From: a virus
Strand: one strand, 5' to 3'
Length of the DNA stretch: 45,391 nucleotides
Virus record (IMG/VR): IMGVR_UViG_3300010397_000021
Span: 1 to 45,391 of that record
Shown: positions 1 to 7,866 of the stretch, one piece after another
Layout: each line of letters opens with the position of its first letter
Position numbering within the stretch: the stretch's first letter is position 1
Position numbers and translations under genes: made by a program
Notes under the pieces: generated by a model
What the model saw: the letters and a program-made list of their open reading frames with translations, nothing else
What the model was told of the DNA's origin: nothing
Databases searched by the model: none

Positions 1-123
1 AGTGGGGTGACACCTATAAAGGCGGCGCCATCGTTGCCATTAAGCGCGTCTATAACTGGGCCGACGAGCTGGGCTATCTTGATGTTAATCCGATCAAGAA
101 ACTTAAAAAACCTCAGGCGCGTC
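1..123. repeat. Terminal duplication copy 1 (identical to 45269-45391); circular-assembly overlap
   Basis: nt 1-123 (agtggggtgacacc...cctcaggcgcgtc) recur verbatim as the last 123 nt. They lie inside one uninterrupted integrase frame, implying a circular unit of ~45,268 bp. Confidence 0.9.
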
Positions 124-659
124 GCCGCGATAATCACATGCGGCCGGAGGATTTCGACAACATCATGGCGCGACTATCGCCTGATGATCCGTTCCGCACC
201 TTTCTCACATTTATGTGGCTTGTAGGTTGTCGCCCGCAGGAGGCCCGTCATATCGAGCCGCGCCACGTACATCTGGATCGCGGCTGCATCATCATCCCCA
301 AGGAGGAAGCCAAAGGAAAGCGCAAGGCCAGGATCATCCATTTGCAAGGGGAATCGCTCGAAATAGTCCAAAGGCGCATGGCCATCGTTACTGAAGGCAA
401 GCTCTTCCGCAATACAAGAGGCGATGCATGGACCAAGTTTGCTGTGTGCAACCGTATGCACAGGCTATCGCTGCTCACCGGCAAGAAGATGGCCGCCTAC
501 GATACGCGTCACGGCTTCGCGACCCGCAAGCTTTTGCAGGGGCATGACCACCTTATTGTCGCGGCTATTATGGGCCATACGAACGGTTCGATGCTGGCTA
601 CCGTCTACTCGCATGTGGACAAAGACGAAGCCCACCTAAAGCGCGCCCTCATAGATTAA
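1..659 (+). CDS. int: Tyrosine recombinase/integrase (XerC/D-like), C-terminal part of a 287-aa ORF that starts at 45064 and crosses the window junction
   Basis: Frame is open from nt 3. Catalytic motifs: 'LVGCRPQEA' (Arg), 'YDTRHGFATR' (His-x-x-Arg), 'MGHTN' (His), 'TVYSH' (Tyr). ORF-track entry 138-659 is only the portion after an internal Met. Confidence 0.85.
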   Translation, partial: WGDTYKGGAIVAIKRVYNWADELGYLDVNPIKKLKKPQARRRDNHMRPEDFDNIMARLSPDDPFRTFLTFMWLVGCRPQEARHIEPRHVHLDRGCIIIPKEEAKGKRKARIIHLQGESLEIVQRRMAIVTEGKLFRNTRGDAWTKFAVCNRMHRLSLLTGKKMAAYDTRHGFATRKLLQGHDHLIVAAIMGHTNGSMLATVYSHVDKDEAHLKRALID

Positions 660-968
660 CGAATAGGTTTCTGGCGAGGCACCCTCAATGTGTCGCCCAC
701 GGTTAATGCATCCCGAAGTTAAATGCATATATGACCTGCGGGCGTCTTTGCCGAAAGGATTTCCGCGCCTCCCAATGGCTCTACAGCTTAGGGAGCAGAC
801 ACGGCTCATTATACGGTGTTTTATAGTACCAAGCAGTAGGGATAAAAGCTGCACCGGCGTGGTAGGCTCCACGATAAACAAAGTACCGCTGTCTATACGC
901 AGGTGGGAGAGTAGAGACCTAAGCCGCATGGTAGTGATACCGGTCATTGCGGAAAGCGGTCTATTGTC

Positions 969-1208
969 TGTACCATAGCCACTATATCACTCTAGAGTTT
1001 GCGCGGCTTTAACTCGGTTGAATAAATAATTCTATGGTACATTGAATGTACAATAGTAAATTGATGTAATACAATTTATACTCCCTAAGCAATCTGACTT
1101 TTAATCAGGTTGTCGCGGGTTCAAGCCCCGCCCGGATCACCACCCACAGCCAGTTTCAGGGCTATATCCTAAAGGGTTTTGTACCATAGAGTGATGTTTG
1201 TACCATAG
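969..1208. repeat. Four copies of 10-bp motif TGTACCATAG around the att core (putative arm-type integrase binding sites)
   Basis: TGTACCATAG at 969-978, 1180-1189 and 1199-1208 (direct). CTATGGTACA at 1032-1041 (inverted). Degenerate AGTACC copies at ~825 and ~882. Confidence 0.6.
1088..1142 (+). other. attP core candidate: 3' ~55 nt of a tRNA-Lys(UUU) gene
   Basis: Anticodon arm tctga-CTTTTAA-tcagg, variable loop ttgtc, T arm gcggg-ttcaagc-cccgc, acceptor 3' strand ccggatc + a + CCA. No complementary 5' acceptor strand (gatccgg) or D arm upstream, so this is a fragment, as expected for a phage integrating into a tRNA 3' end. Confidence 0.7.
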
Positions 1209-1214
1209 AATCAT

Positions 1215-2282
1215 CTAAATCACCTCCGGTTTGCGCCTATAAACGCGGCGGGTAATAGCAGTGGTGGCGTGTGACATCATCTTGCGAGCGCATTCGTCGT
1301 CTGGCGCATCACTAGAGGCTTTGGCGCGTATATCGTGCTCGGTAAAACGCCGTGTAATCTTTGTTTCCGCAAGCAGCCTCCCCATAAAGCGCTGCCATAT
1401 GGAATCAAACCCGCTGCATGTACCTTTTTCTTCATTAATATAAGATTGGCCGCGCTTACTACAGAAAAGCCATGGCGATATATCAACGGGGCGCACAGAT
1501 AAAGCATAATCCGCTGCGGCTCTCCGCTCTGCCGTCCATGCATATACAGTCTTTTTATTGGTTTTCTTTTTGGTCTTATGGCGCGTAATATGGATACCAT
1601 CGTCTCGGAAATCTTCTTTAGGGCGAATCCGAAGCAAATCACCTTTTGCCATGCCGGTGACTTCTTTCAGCCATGCATAGGCTTGCAGCATTAGAGTAGC
1701 ATCATTGCCATCGCGCTTAGGTTTGAGTAAATGCAATTCATCCATTTCCCAATCTTCTACATACCTGTCGCGCGGTGTTTCAATCTCTGATTCCTCATCG
1801 AAACGCACCTCACCTTTAAAGGGGTGCTCTTTGATGTACCCCCATCGAACAGCCTTGGTGAAGGCATGCTTAAGAATGGCTATTTCTCGTTTTGCGGAAA
1901 CTTTCGCATTTCGCTTATCAACGTATTTATAAATATCTTGAGGTGTGATTTCATCGAGATACATGTGACCAAAGACGATCCGGAGCTTTTTAATCTGGCG
2001 GATTTGTTCGCCTTGCGTTTTTGGAGCTTTAGTAGGGATGATCTCGTGTTTATAGCGATCTAATAGCTTTCCGATAGTCTGGGCATTCTCAACACCCTCT
2101 AAGCGCTCTGCCCAGGCCTTATACGCCTCTGAGGCTGTCTTTCCCAAGCGGAATAGTTGTTTGCCGTCCCATTTATATTCCATTCCCCGAGGAACGCTGT
2201 AATAGATAGCTCCATGCCGCTTAGACCACCTTTCGGGGAAACCTTTATTCTCAGGTTTACGCGGTTTTGGCATAGCCCTCAT
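1215..2282 (-). CDS. int: Phage integrase (tyrosine recombinase, lambda/P4-like), 355 aa
   Basis: C-terminal motifs 'FTEHDIRAKASSD' and 'MMSHATTAITRRVYRR'. ATGA overlap with the upstream DUF4224 gene. Adjacent to the att region. Confidence 0.9.
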   Translation of the reverse strand: MRAMPKPRKPENKGFPERWSKRHGAIYYSVPRGMEYKWDGKQLFRLGKTASEAYKAWAERLEGVENAQTIGKLLDRYKHEIIPTKAPKTQGEQIRQIKKLRIVFGHMYLDEITPQDIYKYVDKRNAKVSAKREIAILKHAFTKAVRWGYIKEHPFKGEVRFDEESEIETPRDRYVEDWEMDELHLLKPKRDGNDATLMLQAYAWLKEVTGMAKGDLLRIRPKEDFRDDGIHITRHKTKKKTNKKTVYAWTAERRAAADYALSVRPVDISPWLFCSKRGQSYINEEKGTCSGFDSIWQRFMGRLLAETKITRRFTEHDIRAKASSDAPDDECARKMMSHATTAITRRVYRRKPEVI

Positions 2283-2488
2283 GTGGCGTTCCAGTTCGGC
2301 TCGTTTCTAACCCTTACATTTTTTTCCATGACACCGCCAAGCATTTTCTCGACATGTGATCTTAAAATTACTAGGCTACCATCAGCACGAGGACGGAAAT
2401 CAATGCCAAGATACCGTAGCGCGCGTGCTTGCGCATCGTGACGCTCCTTGTCGGTTAGGGCTATGACTTCTTTCTCGGTGAGAAACAT
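2279..2488 (-). CDS. DUF4224-like small protein (excisionase/recombination directionality candidate)
   Basis: 'MFLTEKEVIALTDKERHDAQARALRYLGIDF' resembles the DUF4224 family usually found just upstream of phage integrases. Coupled to int by ATGA. Confidence 0.65.
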   Translation of the reverse strand: MFLTEKEVIALTDKERHDAQARALRYLGIDFRPRADGSLVILRSHVEKMLGGVMEKNVRVRNEPNWNAT

Positions 2489-2634
2489 TATTTTATCTCT
2501 TTTGAATACTCGTTTGCGTTATCAACTCCTGGTCGCTTGCACTTGGCTATAATCCAACGAGCGAGATCACCGGCATACCAGCCGAAGAATCCGCCAGCCA
2601 CCGCCAGAAACGTATATTGCGCTGCATCACTCAT
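2488..2634 (-). CDS. Small membrane protein, 48 aa (below ORF-track cutoff)
   Basis: Hand translation: MSDAAQYTFLAVAGGFFGWYAGDLARWIIAKCKRPGVDNANEYSKEIK. One TM segment. Its TAA overlaps the downstream ATG (TAATG). Confidence 0.5.
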   Translation of the reverse strand: MSDAAQYTFLAVAGGFFGWYAGDLARWIIAKCKRPGVDNANEYSKEIK

Positions 2635-2662
2635 TTAATTACCTCATCGGTTAGTTTTGTTT

Positions 2663-2863
2663 TCACGCGAGTACCTCAAGTAACTTTTTCCGTAGCTCCC
2701 ACTTCGCAGAGTTTTCGGCCTGCCAATCCTGCGGGGAATGGACAATGTGATCGACCTTGACCACACCGCGAACCATCCTAATGGCGTTTTTGATCGCCTC
2801 TACATCGTCATCGCGATATTCCTGGTCTAACAGCACAGTTAAAACCTTGGTTCTGTCGGTCAT
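2663..2863 (-). CDS. Hypothetical early protein, 66 aa
   Basis: ORF in the same-strand coupled chain. ATGA overlap with the upstream ORF at 2860-2863. Confidence 0.6.
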   Translation of the reverse strand: MTDRTKVLTVLLDQEYRDDDVEAIKNAIRMVRGVVKVDHIVHSPQDWQAENSAKWELRKKLLEVLA

Positions 2864-3126
2864 TTTCCCTCCTGATCGCTAGGTCGATTGTTCGCGTGGA
2901 GCTGCATGATCACCTCGGCCCGCTTGCGAAGGACAACCAACGCCGCCCCTACGTCGCCAGCCTCCAAGCGATGCTTCACATCGGTGACGTTGCCATGCTT
3001 GTCAGTGACCCACTGATTAGCCTCGCAACGCAACTTCCCATTTTGCCCATCGTTCAACGCGGGGTTGAAAACAATCCCGTGGAGACGGAGGGTCTTGATC
3101 TCTGCATTATCCATTGCTTGCCTCAT
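2860..3126 (-). CDS. Hypothetical early protein, 88 aa
   Basis: Same-strand ORF in the coupled chain. Confidence 0.6.
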   Translation of the reverse strand: MRQAMDNAEIKTLRLHGIVFNPALNDGQNGKLRCEANQWVTDKHGNVTDVKHRLEAGDVGAALVVLRKRAEVIMQLHANNRPSDQEGK

Positions 3127-3295
3127 CGTTTGATAGGGTTTCCTTGGTTATCTCTTTCAGAAAGTCCCGCATACGCACGACAATATCCCCCACGTCATCG
3201 CCTGACACGCTAAGGTCGAGACGTACCACATGCTTGGCAAAACCCTTCTCGTTTGCATTATTCCGCGTCTCATTAATCGTGTGGCTGAATTTCAT
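3107..3295 (-). CDS. Hypothetical early protein, 62 aa
   Basis: Same-strand ORF. ATGA overlap with the upstream ORF at 3292-3295. Confidence 0.55.
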   Translation of the reverse strand: MKFSHTINETRNNANEKGFAKHVVRLDLSVSGDDVGDIVVRMRDFLKEITKETLSNDEASNG

Positions 3296-3513
3296 TTTAC
3301 TTCTCCATCTGTTGCTCGGTTGGCCGCTATAAGCCTCACGTCTCCGGCTGCGGACACATCAACTTCATGATAATCTGCATCGATCACGACGCCCTGTTTC
3401 CCATTTTCTTTTGCGGCCATATGGGAAGCATTGGCGCGATCAATTGCCTTTCGCTGCGCCTCGCATTGCCGGATATAAGCGTCTGGAGAGGCATAATTGC
3501 TACTCAATGTCAT
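3292..3513 (-). CDS. Hypothetical early protein, 73 aa
   Basis: Same-strand ORF. ATGA overlap at 3510-3513. Confidence 0.6.
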   Translation of the reverse strand: MTLSSNYASPDAYIRQCEAQRKAIDRANASHMAAKENGKQGVVIDADYHEVDVSAAGDVRLIAANRATDGEVK

Positions 3514-3773
3514 GGTTCCTCGCCTGTTGATCGTTTGGCCTTGCGCTTCACCTGTTTACGGCGAGCCGCAGTCAGCTCGTCGCTCCTCCGGGCCCTAGCC
3601 ATCACCAGCAACCCCATCTTACGCGCTGGGAGCACCTTCACCCCACCCCGCACCTTCTTGACGATGCGGGTATCCACTACGTGAACCAAGCCGCAATCAC
3701 AGCAAGCTCGGCGGTGCTTATTCATCGTAGGAAAAATCCATTCGTCGTCAGTTACCTGGTAGTAATCAGTCAT
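3510..3773 (-). CDS. Hypothetical basic protein with Cys cluster, 87 aa
   Basis: Start moved to Met9 of the track ORF (MTDYYQV), which follows the RBS AGAGGGAG. 'RRACCDCGLVH' plus a Lys/Arg-rich tail suggests nucleic-acid binding. Confidence 0.55.
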   Translation of the reverse strand: MTDYYQVTDDEWIFPTMNKHRRACCDCGLVHVVDTRIVKKVRGGVKVLPARKMGLLVMARARRSDELTAARRKQVKRKAKRSTGEEP

Positions 3774-3957
3774 CAGCAACTCCCTCTGTTGAATCATTTT
3801 TTGTCTGATAGGCTATCGCGAACTTAACAGCCGCAGAGATCGGGAAAGCACCTGATGCCTCCCGCACCAGCTTCATCGTTTGCCATTGTCCATAGAACGC
3901 CATTCCCATGATAACCAGAATTCCTACCAGGCTGATAATTGCGACGAGGCCATTCAT
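3766..3957 (-). CDS. Small membrane protein, 63 aa
   Basis: N-terminal TM 'LVAIISLVGILVIMGMAFY'. ATGA overlap with the upstream ORF. Confidence 0.6.
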   Translation of the reverse strand: MNGLVAIISLVGILVIMGMAFYGQWQTMKLVREASGAFPISAAVKFAIAYQTKNDSTEGVADD

Positions 3958-4142
3958 GGCTGCTGGTCCTTAGATACGGATACCGTGACGCGCCGGACAT
4001 CATCGTAATGCAGGAGAGCGTCGGCCTTCCGTCGATAAAGGCACGGCATCGGATATTCGTTAGCGTGGTATCCGTTGAACTCCTCTATGTCGATTTTGCC
4101 GCTAACAAATCCGGCCCAGAATGTGGTGCGTCCTTTAATCAT
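3954..4142 (-). CDS. Hypothetical protein, 62 aa (short model of track ORF 3954-4292)
   Basis: Internal Met (MIKGRTTFW) is preceded by GGAGGGGAA and overlaps the stop of ORF 4139-4318 by ATGA. The long model needs a TTG start and overlaps that ORF entirely. Confidence 0.45.
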   Translation of the reverse strand: MIKGRTTFWAGFVSGKIDIEEFNGYHANEYPMPCLYRRKADALLHYDDVRRVTVSVSKDQQP

Positions 4143-4318
4143 TTCCCCTCCGGTTTTTCTACTTCTATTTGAGTTGTGGTAGGCGCGCTGTATTCGGTCC
4201 ATCGCTCGTAAGAACGCATCGTCAGACAACGGCAGCATTGCTCCGTAGTGGTGACGCCGTGCTTGCCTTGGACGGTCGAAACCACGTTCCAATGGTGCCA
4301 GTGCTCAAGACACGTCAT
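4139..4318 (-). CDS. Hypothetical Cys/His-rich protein, 59 aa
   Basis: Its ATG is preceded by the same GGAGGC(C)GGGGTCGTG junction as the gene starting at 4505. 'CLEHWHHW...CCRC' may bind metal. Confidence 0.45.
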   Translation of the reverse strand: MTCLEHWHHWNVVSTVQGKHGVTTTEQCCRCLTMRSYERWTEYSAPTTTQIEVEKPEGK

Positions 4319-4505
4319 CACGACCCCGGCCTCCTTCGTCTTCGATAGCAGCTATAGAGAACCTTAACCGAATGTCAGCGAGGTCGTTCAAACGATCCAG
4401 AAGCATAACAGTTGCCGCTCTACAATCGCCATTAGTGCTCGCAAGCGTGCTGAACAGTTTAGCTTCAAGGTCGGACTGTAAGAACCGCCGTTCGCCCTCA
4501 GTCAT
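4305..4505 (-). CDS. Hypothetical protein, 66 aa
   Basis: Start moved to Met27 (MTEGERRF), giving RBS GGAGG plus an ATGA-type overlap with the stop of 4498-5385. Confidence 0.5.
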   Translation of the reverse strand: MTEGERRFLQSDLEAKLFSTLASTNGDCRAATVMLLDRLNDLADIRLRFSIAAIEDEGGRGRDDVS

Positions 4506-5385
4506 CACGACCCCGCCTCCTGATGTCGAAGCGTTCCGACAGGGCGGAGAACGCGACTCGAAGACTCCGACGATAGCCTTCATCGATAGCGTCTTGCGTA
4601 TTAGCGATTAAACAATCCGCATCCCATAATGGCAGGCTCTTCCAGGCCGCAAGCATAACCTCAACCGCTTCGGCCTCATCAACCGCTTCCCGCTTCGTTG
4701 GTACGATAGCTAAAATTGCTTTTGCTAGGCCCTTTCTATCATCTATGAAGCCATCCCTATCCATGAAGTTCTCTGCGGCATCGTAAATGGCATTCCCTAA
4801 TATTTCCAAATCAGTGCGCTCATCCGGCTGCTGCACTTCCCGCTCCGGTGCATAGACGATCCTTTTGATCTCGATCGCTAGCAATTCTCCCTTGAGGGCG
4901 GCGAGGCCTTCCCGAGATAAATAATACTCGTCATCGCATCGCCTGTATTTCAAATGTTTCAATAGTGCGTGTGTTGGGTCTAACGACAACTCGACCGGCT
5001 GCTCGGGCCAGTGAGGATCATGGACCCAATCCGGGTGTTCATTGGCGCAATCTTCACACCGATCAGCCGCCCATACGCCGTGTTTGCAACGGCTCGGCTG
5101 ATCGTTTGGCGCAGGAGGCTCGGCGATAAGGGCTTCACCCTGCCTATCCGGGGCGCAAGTTGGAGCGTCCGAAGGCGCTCCCATAAGCCTTTCTGGTTGA
5201 CCTCCTGCATTAACTGAAATATCGGTCCGCTGGTCGGTGCTCGATGCGATGCGATATCCATTTTCAAACCATTCCCAGGCGACGGCTTCCATCATGGCGT
5301 TGATGGATTCGTGCTCGGTAAGCTTGACCTTTTTAAACCCCTCCTCGAAGATTCTCCGGCACTCTATTTCCATTTCAGCCCCCAT
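4498..5385 (-). CDS. Hypothetical early protein, 295 aa
   Basis: Long same-strand ORF. Cys/His cluster 'CKHGVWAADRCEDCANEH'. No family recognised. Confidence 0.7.
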   Translation of the reverse strand: MGAEMEIECRRIFEEGFKKVKLTEHESINAMMEAVAWEWFENGYRIASSTDQRTDISVNAGGQPERLMGAPSDAPTCAPDRQGEALIAEPPAPNDQPSRCKHGVWAADRCEDCANEHPDWVHDPHWPEQPVELSLDPTHALLKHLKYRRCDDEYYLSREGLAALKGELLAIEIKRIVYAPEREVQQPDERTDLEILGNAIYDAAENFMDRDGFIDDRKGLAKAILAIVPTKREAVDEAEAVEVMLAAWKSLPLWDADCLIANTQDAIDEGYRRSLRVAFSALSERFDIRRRGRDD

Positions 5386-6392
5386 TGTTCAGCGCAAGCT
5401 TGCGCCATTATTTCATGTGCATCACCCTTTACTCCAAGAACGCGTGTCGCACGCATTGCCTGCGCCCCATCTTTTATCGACACCGGCTTCAGGCCACGCA
5501 TGAAAGCATCGACCGTCTTTACATCAGGGGCGCAATTGCTAGCGAGATAGCCCACTTCTTCATGTGTCGCTATGCCTCCGGCTTCTCCGGATGATCTTCT
5601 CGCGTAGAGCGCCACCTTAGTGTAATACTCCATCGCGTCGCGGATACGGCCCCACGCTTGCCGCAAATCGTGGTTGATTACCGGAATCTCACACTGGTCA
5701 AGATTGGTGGGGAGGTTTGCCGGAGCATCACAACTGGCGTCGTTAGCCTCATCCGAGTTTACGGATGACCTCCCCATAACTGAATATTCACGCGTTTGGT
5801 TGCGGCTATTCCATGTGTCCGCTATAGCCTGAGCGAAATCCCTGGTAAGGCCGTATCCTTTGAATCCACTATCTGTTTCCCAGCCAGTTTCCGAGGGGGT
5901 TAATGATAATGTCCAAACTCTATCTTCAGGGTCAGCATCCTTTTCCGAGGCAACGACATAGAGTTTCTTCTCTGAATACCCACTCGCATACACCGGTGCC
6001 GGAGACGACGGAGGTGGGGCCGCATCCGGATCGGGCCACGGCTGAATCGGAATGATGGCGGGGGATGTTTCGAGGCGACGGCTTTCGCCGCAGTCTTCCA
6101 CGTCCTTACGGATAGCGGCATCCCCCATATCAAAAGCTGATTGCCCGAGCTTGAAGAATAGCGATTTTGAACTGGTGGGGGGCGTTACTGCGGCAGTCGG
6201 TTCACCACTGGGTAAGCCCAATGGAACACCCCCCCTAAGTTGTTCGGCCTCGTGCTCGCGGACGAGGGTCAAGAACCGCTCCTTCGCTTTATTCCAAGCG
6301 GCGTGTGCTGTCCATGCAGTGCAATCCAATGGAAAGCTCTCGTTTTCTAATTGCCGGATCAGCGATGAAGGGATTGGCGGTACGTTTGACAT
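5364..6392 (-). CDS. Hypothetical early protein, 342 aa
   Basis: Long same-strand ORF with a Pro-rich linker. No family recognised. Confidence 0.7.
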   Translation of the reverse strand: MSNVPPIPSSLIRQLENESFPLDCTAWTAHAAWNKAKERFLTLVREHEAEQLRGGVPLGLPSGEPTAAVTPPTSSKSLFFKLGQSAFDMGDAAIRKDVEDCGESRRLETSPAIIPIQPWPDPDAAPPPSSPAPVYASGYSEKKLYVVASEKDADPEDRVWTLSLTPSETGWETDSGFKGYGLTRDFAQAIADTWNSRNQTREYSVMGRSSVNSDEANDASCDAPANLPTNLDQCEIPVINHDLRQAWGRIRDAMEYYTKVALYARRSSGEAGGIATHEEVGYLASNCAPDVKTVDAFMRGLKPVSIKDGAQAMRATRVLGVKGDAHEIMAQACAEQWGLKWK

Positions 6393-6559
6393 TATTTATC
6401 CTCAATAAATATAGAACAGTCCCGGCCTTCAGCTTCAAAGACTTTTGCAGCCTCCTTAGCATCTTTTAGACTCTCGAAAGAGAGCCCCAATTGCCCATCT
6501 ACATAGAGCTTGTATACGGCGATTTTGGTTGAATCATTCAGCGGTTCGGGCTTGTTCAT
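6392..6559 (-). CDS. Small hypothetical protein, 55 aa (below ORF-track cutoff)
   Basis: Hand translation: MNKPEPLNDSTKIAVYKLYVDGQLGLSFESLKDAKEAAKVFEAEGRDCSIFIEDK. ATGA overlap upstream and TAATG overlap downstream. Confidence 0.5.
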   Translation of the reverse strand: MNKPEPLNDSTKIAVYKLYVDGQLGLSFESLKDAKEAAKVFEAEGRDCSIFIEDK

Positions 6560-6795
6560 GGCGTCAACTCAAAGCGTTGGGGTTGTTTTTTCAAGAACAT
6601 AGCTTCGGCATCCTTTGTAGCCTCTTTCAGGGCGGCGAAGATGGCTCGAACCTGCTTGTCCGAGTATGAGTAGTTGGACCGATTGGAGAGGTTGCCGATC
6701 AACCGGATATGCTTAATGGCATTGTTGACGCGTTTCGTGGCGAGCCGCTTGAAGGCGGCGTTGTCGCCAGCGCGATCACTCAGCGATCCGGTCAT
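6556..6795 (-). CDS. Hypothetical protein, 79 aa
   Basis: Same-strand ORF in the coupled chain. Confidence 0.6.
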   Translation of the reverse strand: MTGSLSDRAGDNAAFKRLATKRVNNAIKHIRLIGNLSNRSNYSYSDKQVRAIFAALKEATKDAEAMFLKKQPQRFELTP

Positions 6796-6902
6796 TTTGC
6801 ACCCCCTCTACATAGCTCGTTAACGCAGCGCCACATCAAACCAAAGGATACCTTCTGCCATCCGCAGTGCGGGCATTTGTGGGCTATCAGCGAATCGGTC
6901 AT
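6792..6902 (-). CDS. Zn-ribbon-like peptide, 36 aa (short model of track ORF 6792-7046)
   Basis: MTDSLIAHKCPHCGWQKVSFGLMWRCVNELCRGGAK has CxxC...CxxxxC. Its ATG overlaps the stop of the 54-aa TM ORF by ATGA. Confidence 0.4.
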   Translation of the reverse strand: MTDSLIAHKCPHCGWQKVSFGLMWRCVNELCRGGAK

Positions 6903-7063
6903 GGGACCCCCGCACAGGAGCGAATAATGATTATAACCAACAATGATAGCGCAAATCCCCGAGGCGACCATACAATTAACAAGAGTGCCCATACCAAGGG
7001 CCATGTGGCATCGTGTATAGCGATCCATGAGAATACGGCACTCCATGCGTCATGAATCGTCAT
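6899..7063 (-). CDS. Small membrane protein, 54 aa (alternative frame to track ORF 6792-7046)
   Basis: ATG at 7061-7063 lies 6 nt after GAGAGGAG. Hand translation MTIHDAWSAVFSWIAIHDATWPLVWALLLIVWSPRGFALSLLVIIIIRSCAGVP is strongly hydrophobic. The 84-aa track ORF has no RBS. Confidence 0.45.
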   Translation of the reverse strand: MTIHDAWSAVFSWIAIHDATWPLVWALLLIVWSPRGFALSLLVIIIIRSCAGVP

Positions 7064-7100
7064 GCTTTGCTCCTCTCCAAATGGGTACTGGTGTCCGTAA

Positions 7101-7484
7101 TCATTGAGAATCTCCCTTCACGATTCGATAGCCAGCGTCATAGAGAACTTTCAGAAGAAGGCCGGTTTCTTCGCCATCGAGCGTATCGCAGGCCTCAAGG
7201 ATTGTCCCTGCGACTTGCTGCCAAGGCACCTCTACCGGCGGCATGGCGGCGATTGCGGCTGTGGCCACCTTCTCACAGGTCGAGAAGTATGCCCCGGGTA
7301 GAAGAGGTTCGATAGCCTTGGCGACCGCCTGAACCCTATCCGCAGATGGTTGGGGGAGCGCCGCGAGATACACCTCGACAACGCCCTCAACCGTCCAGCC
7401 ATCCCTTCCGGCTTCAGCTACATAATCCTCAGCCGCTCGGATGGCCTTTGGTTTCTCATCAATCGATAAAGTTCGGTCGCTCAT
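7101..7484 (-). CDS. Hypothetical protein, 127 aa
   Basis: Same-strand ORF. ATGA overlap at 7481-7484. Confidence 0.65.
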   Translation of the reverse strand: MSDRTLSIDEKPKAIRAAEDYVAEAGRDGWTVEGVVEVYLAALPQPSADRVQAVAKAIEPLLPGAYFSTCEKVATAAIAAMPPVEVPWQQVAGTILEACDTLDGEETGLLLKVLYDAGYRIVKGDSQ

Positions 7485-7642
7485 AACGAATCTCTCAATC
7501 TTTTTAGTTCAAATACAGCTACTGCCTGGAAAACATCAGCGTCAAACTGCTTCCCCTTTTTCGCCTTTATACATCCTCGCTCAGCTGCCTCAATAACGGC
7601 CAATTCGTCTAAAGAGAAACGGTCAATCGATCTGGTGGTCAT
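7481..7642 (-). CDS. Hypothetical protein, 53 aa
   Basis: Start moved to Met15 (MTTRSIDRF), giving an ATGA overlap with the stop of 7639-7866. Confidence 0.5.
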   Translation of the reverse strand: MTTRSIDRFSLDELAVIEAAERGCIKAKKGKQFDADVFQAVAVFELKRLRDSL

Positions 7643-7866
7643 AGGGGAAGCTCCGGTAACGGCATCCAGTTGGTGGGTTTCCATTCGTCAAACATTTGGG
7701 CTAGAGGGCTTCCGTCATCAGGATTATGCCAGTGACCCATAGTTTCCGAAGGCGCATGCCAAGCGCACATGTAGACGTCGCAACCATCGGTGGCGATAAA
7801 CTTCGACCCATCTTTAGGTGCGGTTTCAATAGGCCGCCAACTGGCGTTCGTGTCCAGGCGTGTCAT
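7639..7866 (-). CDS. DUF551-like phage protein, 75 aa
   Basis: '[14 protein letters not shown]...' and C-terminal '[11 protein letters not shown]' match the DUF551 signature. Confidence 0.7.
   Translation of the reverse strand: MTRLDTNASWRPIETAPKDGSKFIATDGCDVYMCAWHAPSETMGHWHNPDDGSPLAQMFDEWKPTNWMPLPELPL

Noticed and set aside
1-123. The terminal direct repeat as attL/attR or cos-type direct terminal repeats
   Set aside because: It sits exactly at the window ends and inside a continuous integrase ORF, so an assembly overlap of a circular molecule is the simpler explanation. Physical terminal repeats cannot be fully excluded without reads.
636-978. ORFs 636-947 (-) and 688-978 (+) in the att region
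   Set aside because: They are mutually overlapping on opposite strands, lack an RBS, and lie in the recombination-site gap between the two integrases. Likely non-coding.
1067-1142. A complete tRNA-Lys gene
   Set aside because: Only the anticodon arm, variable loop, T arm and 3' acceptor strand are present. The upstream ~20 nt (ttgatgtaatacaatttata...) cannot pair with ccggatc and has no D arm. It is a 3' fragment typical of attP.
3954-4292. 112-aa (TTG start) and 84-aa (6792-7046) ORF-track models
   Set aside because: Both lack an RBS and bury better-supported, RBS-preceded, ATGA-coupled smaller ORFs. Kept only as alternatives in the feature notes.
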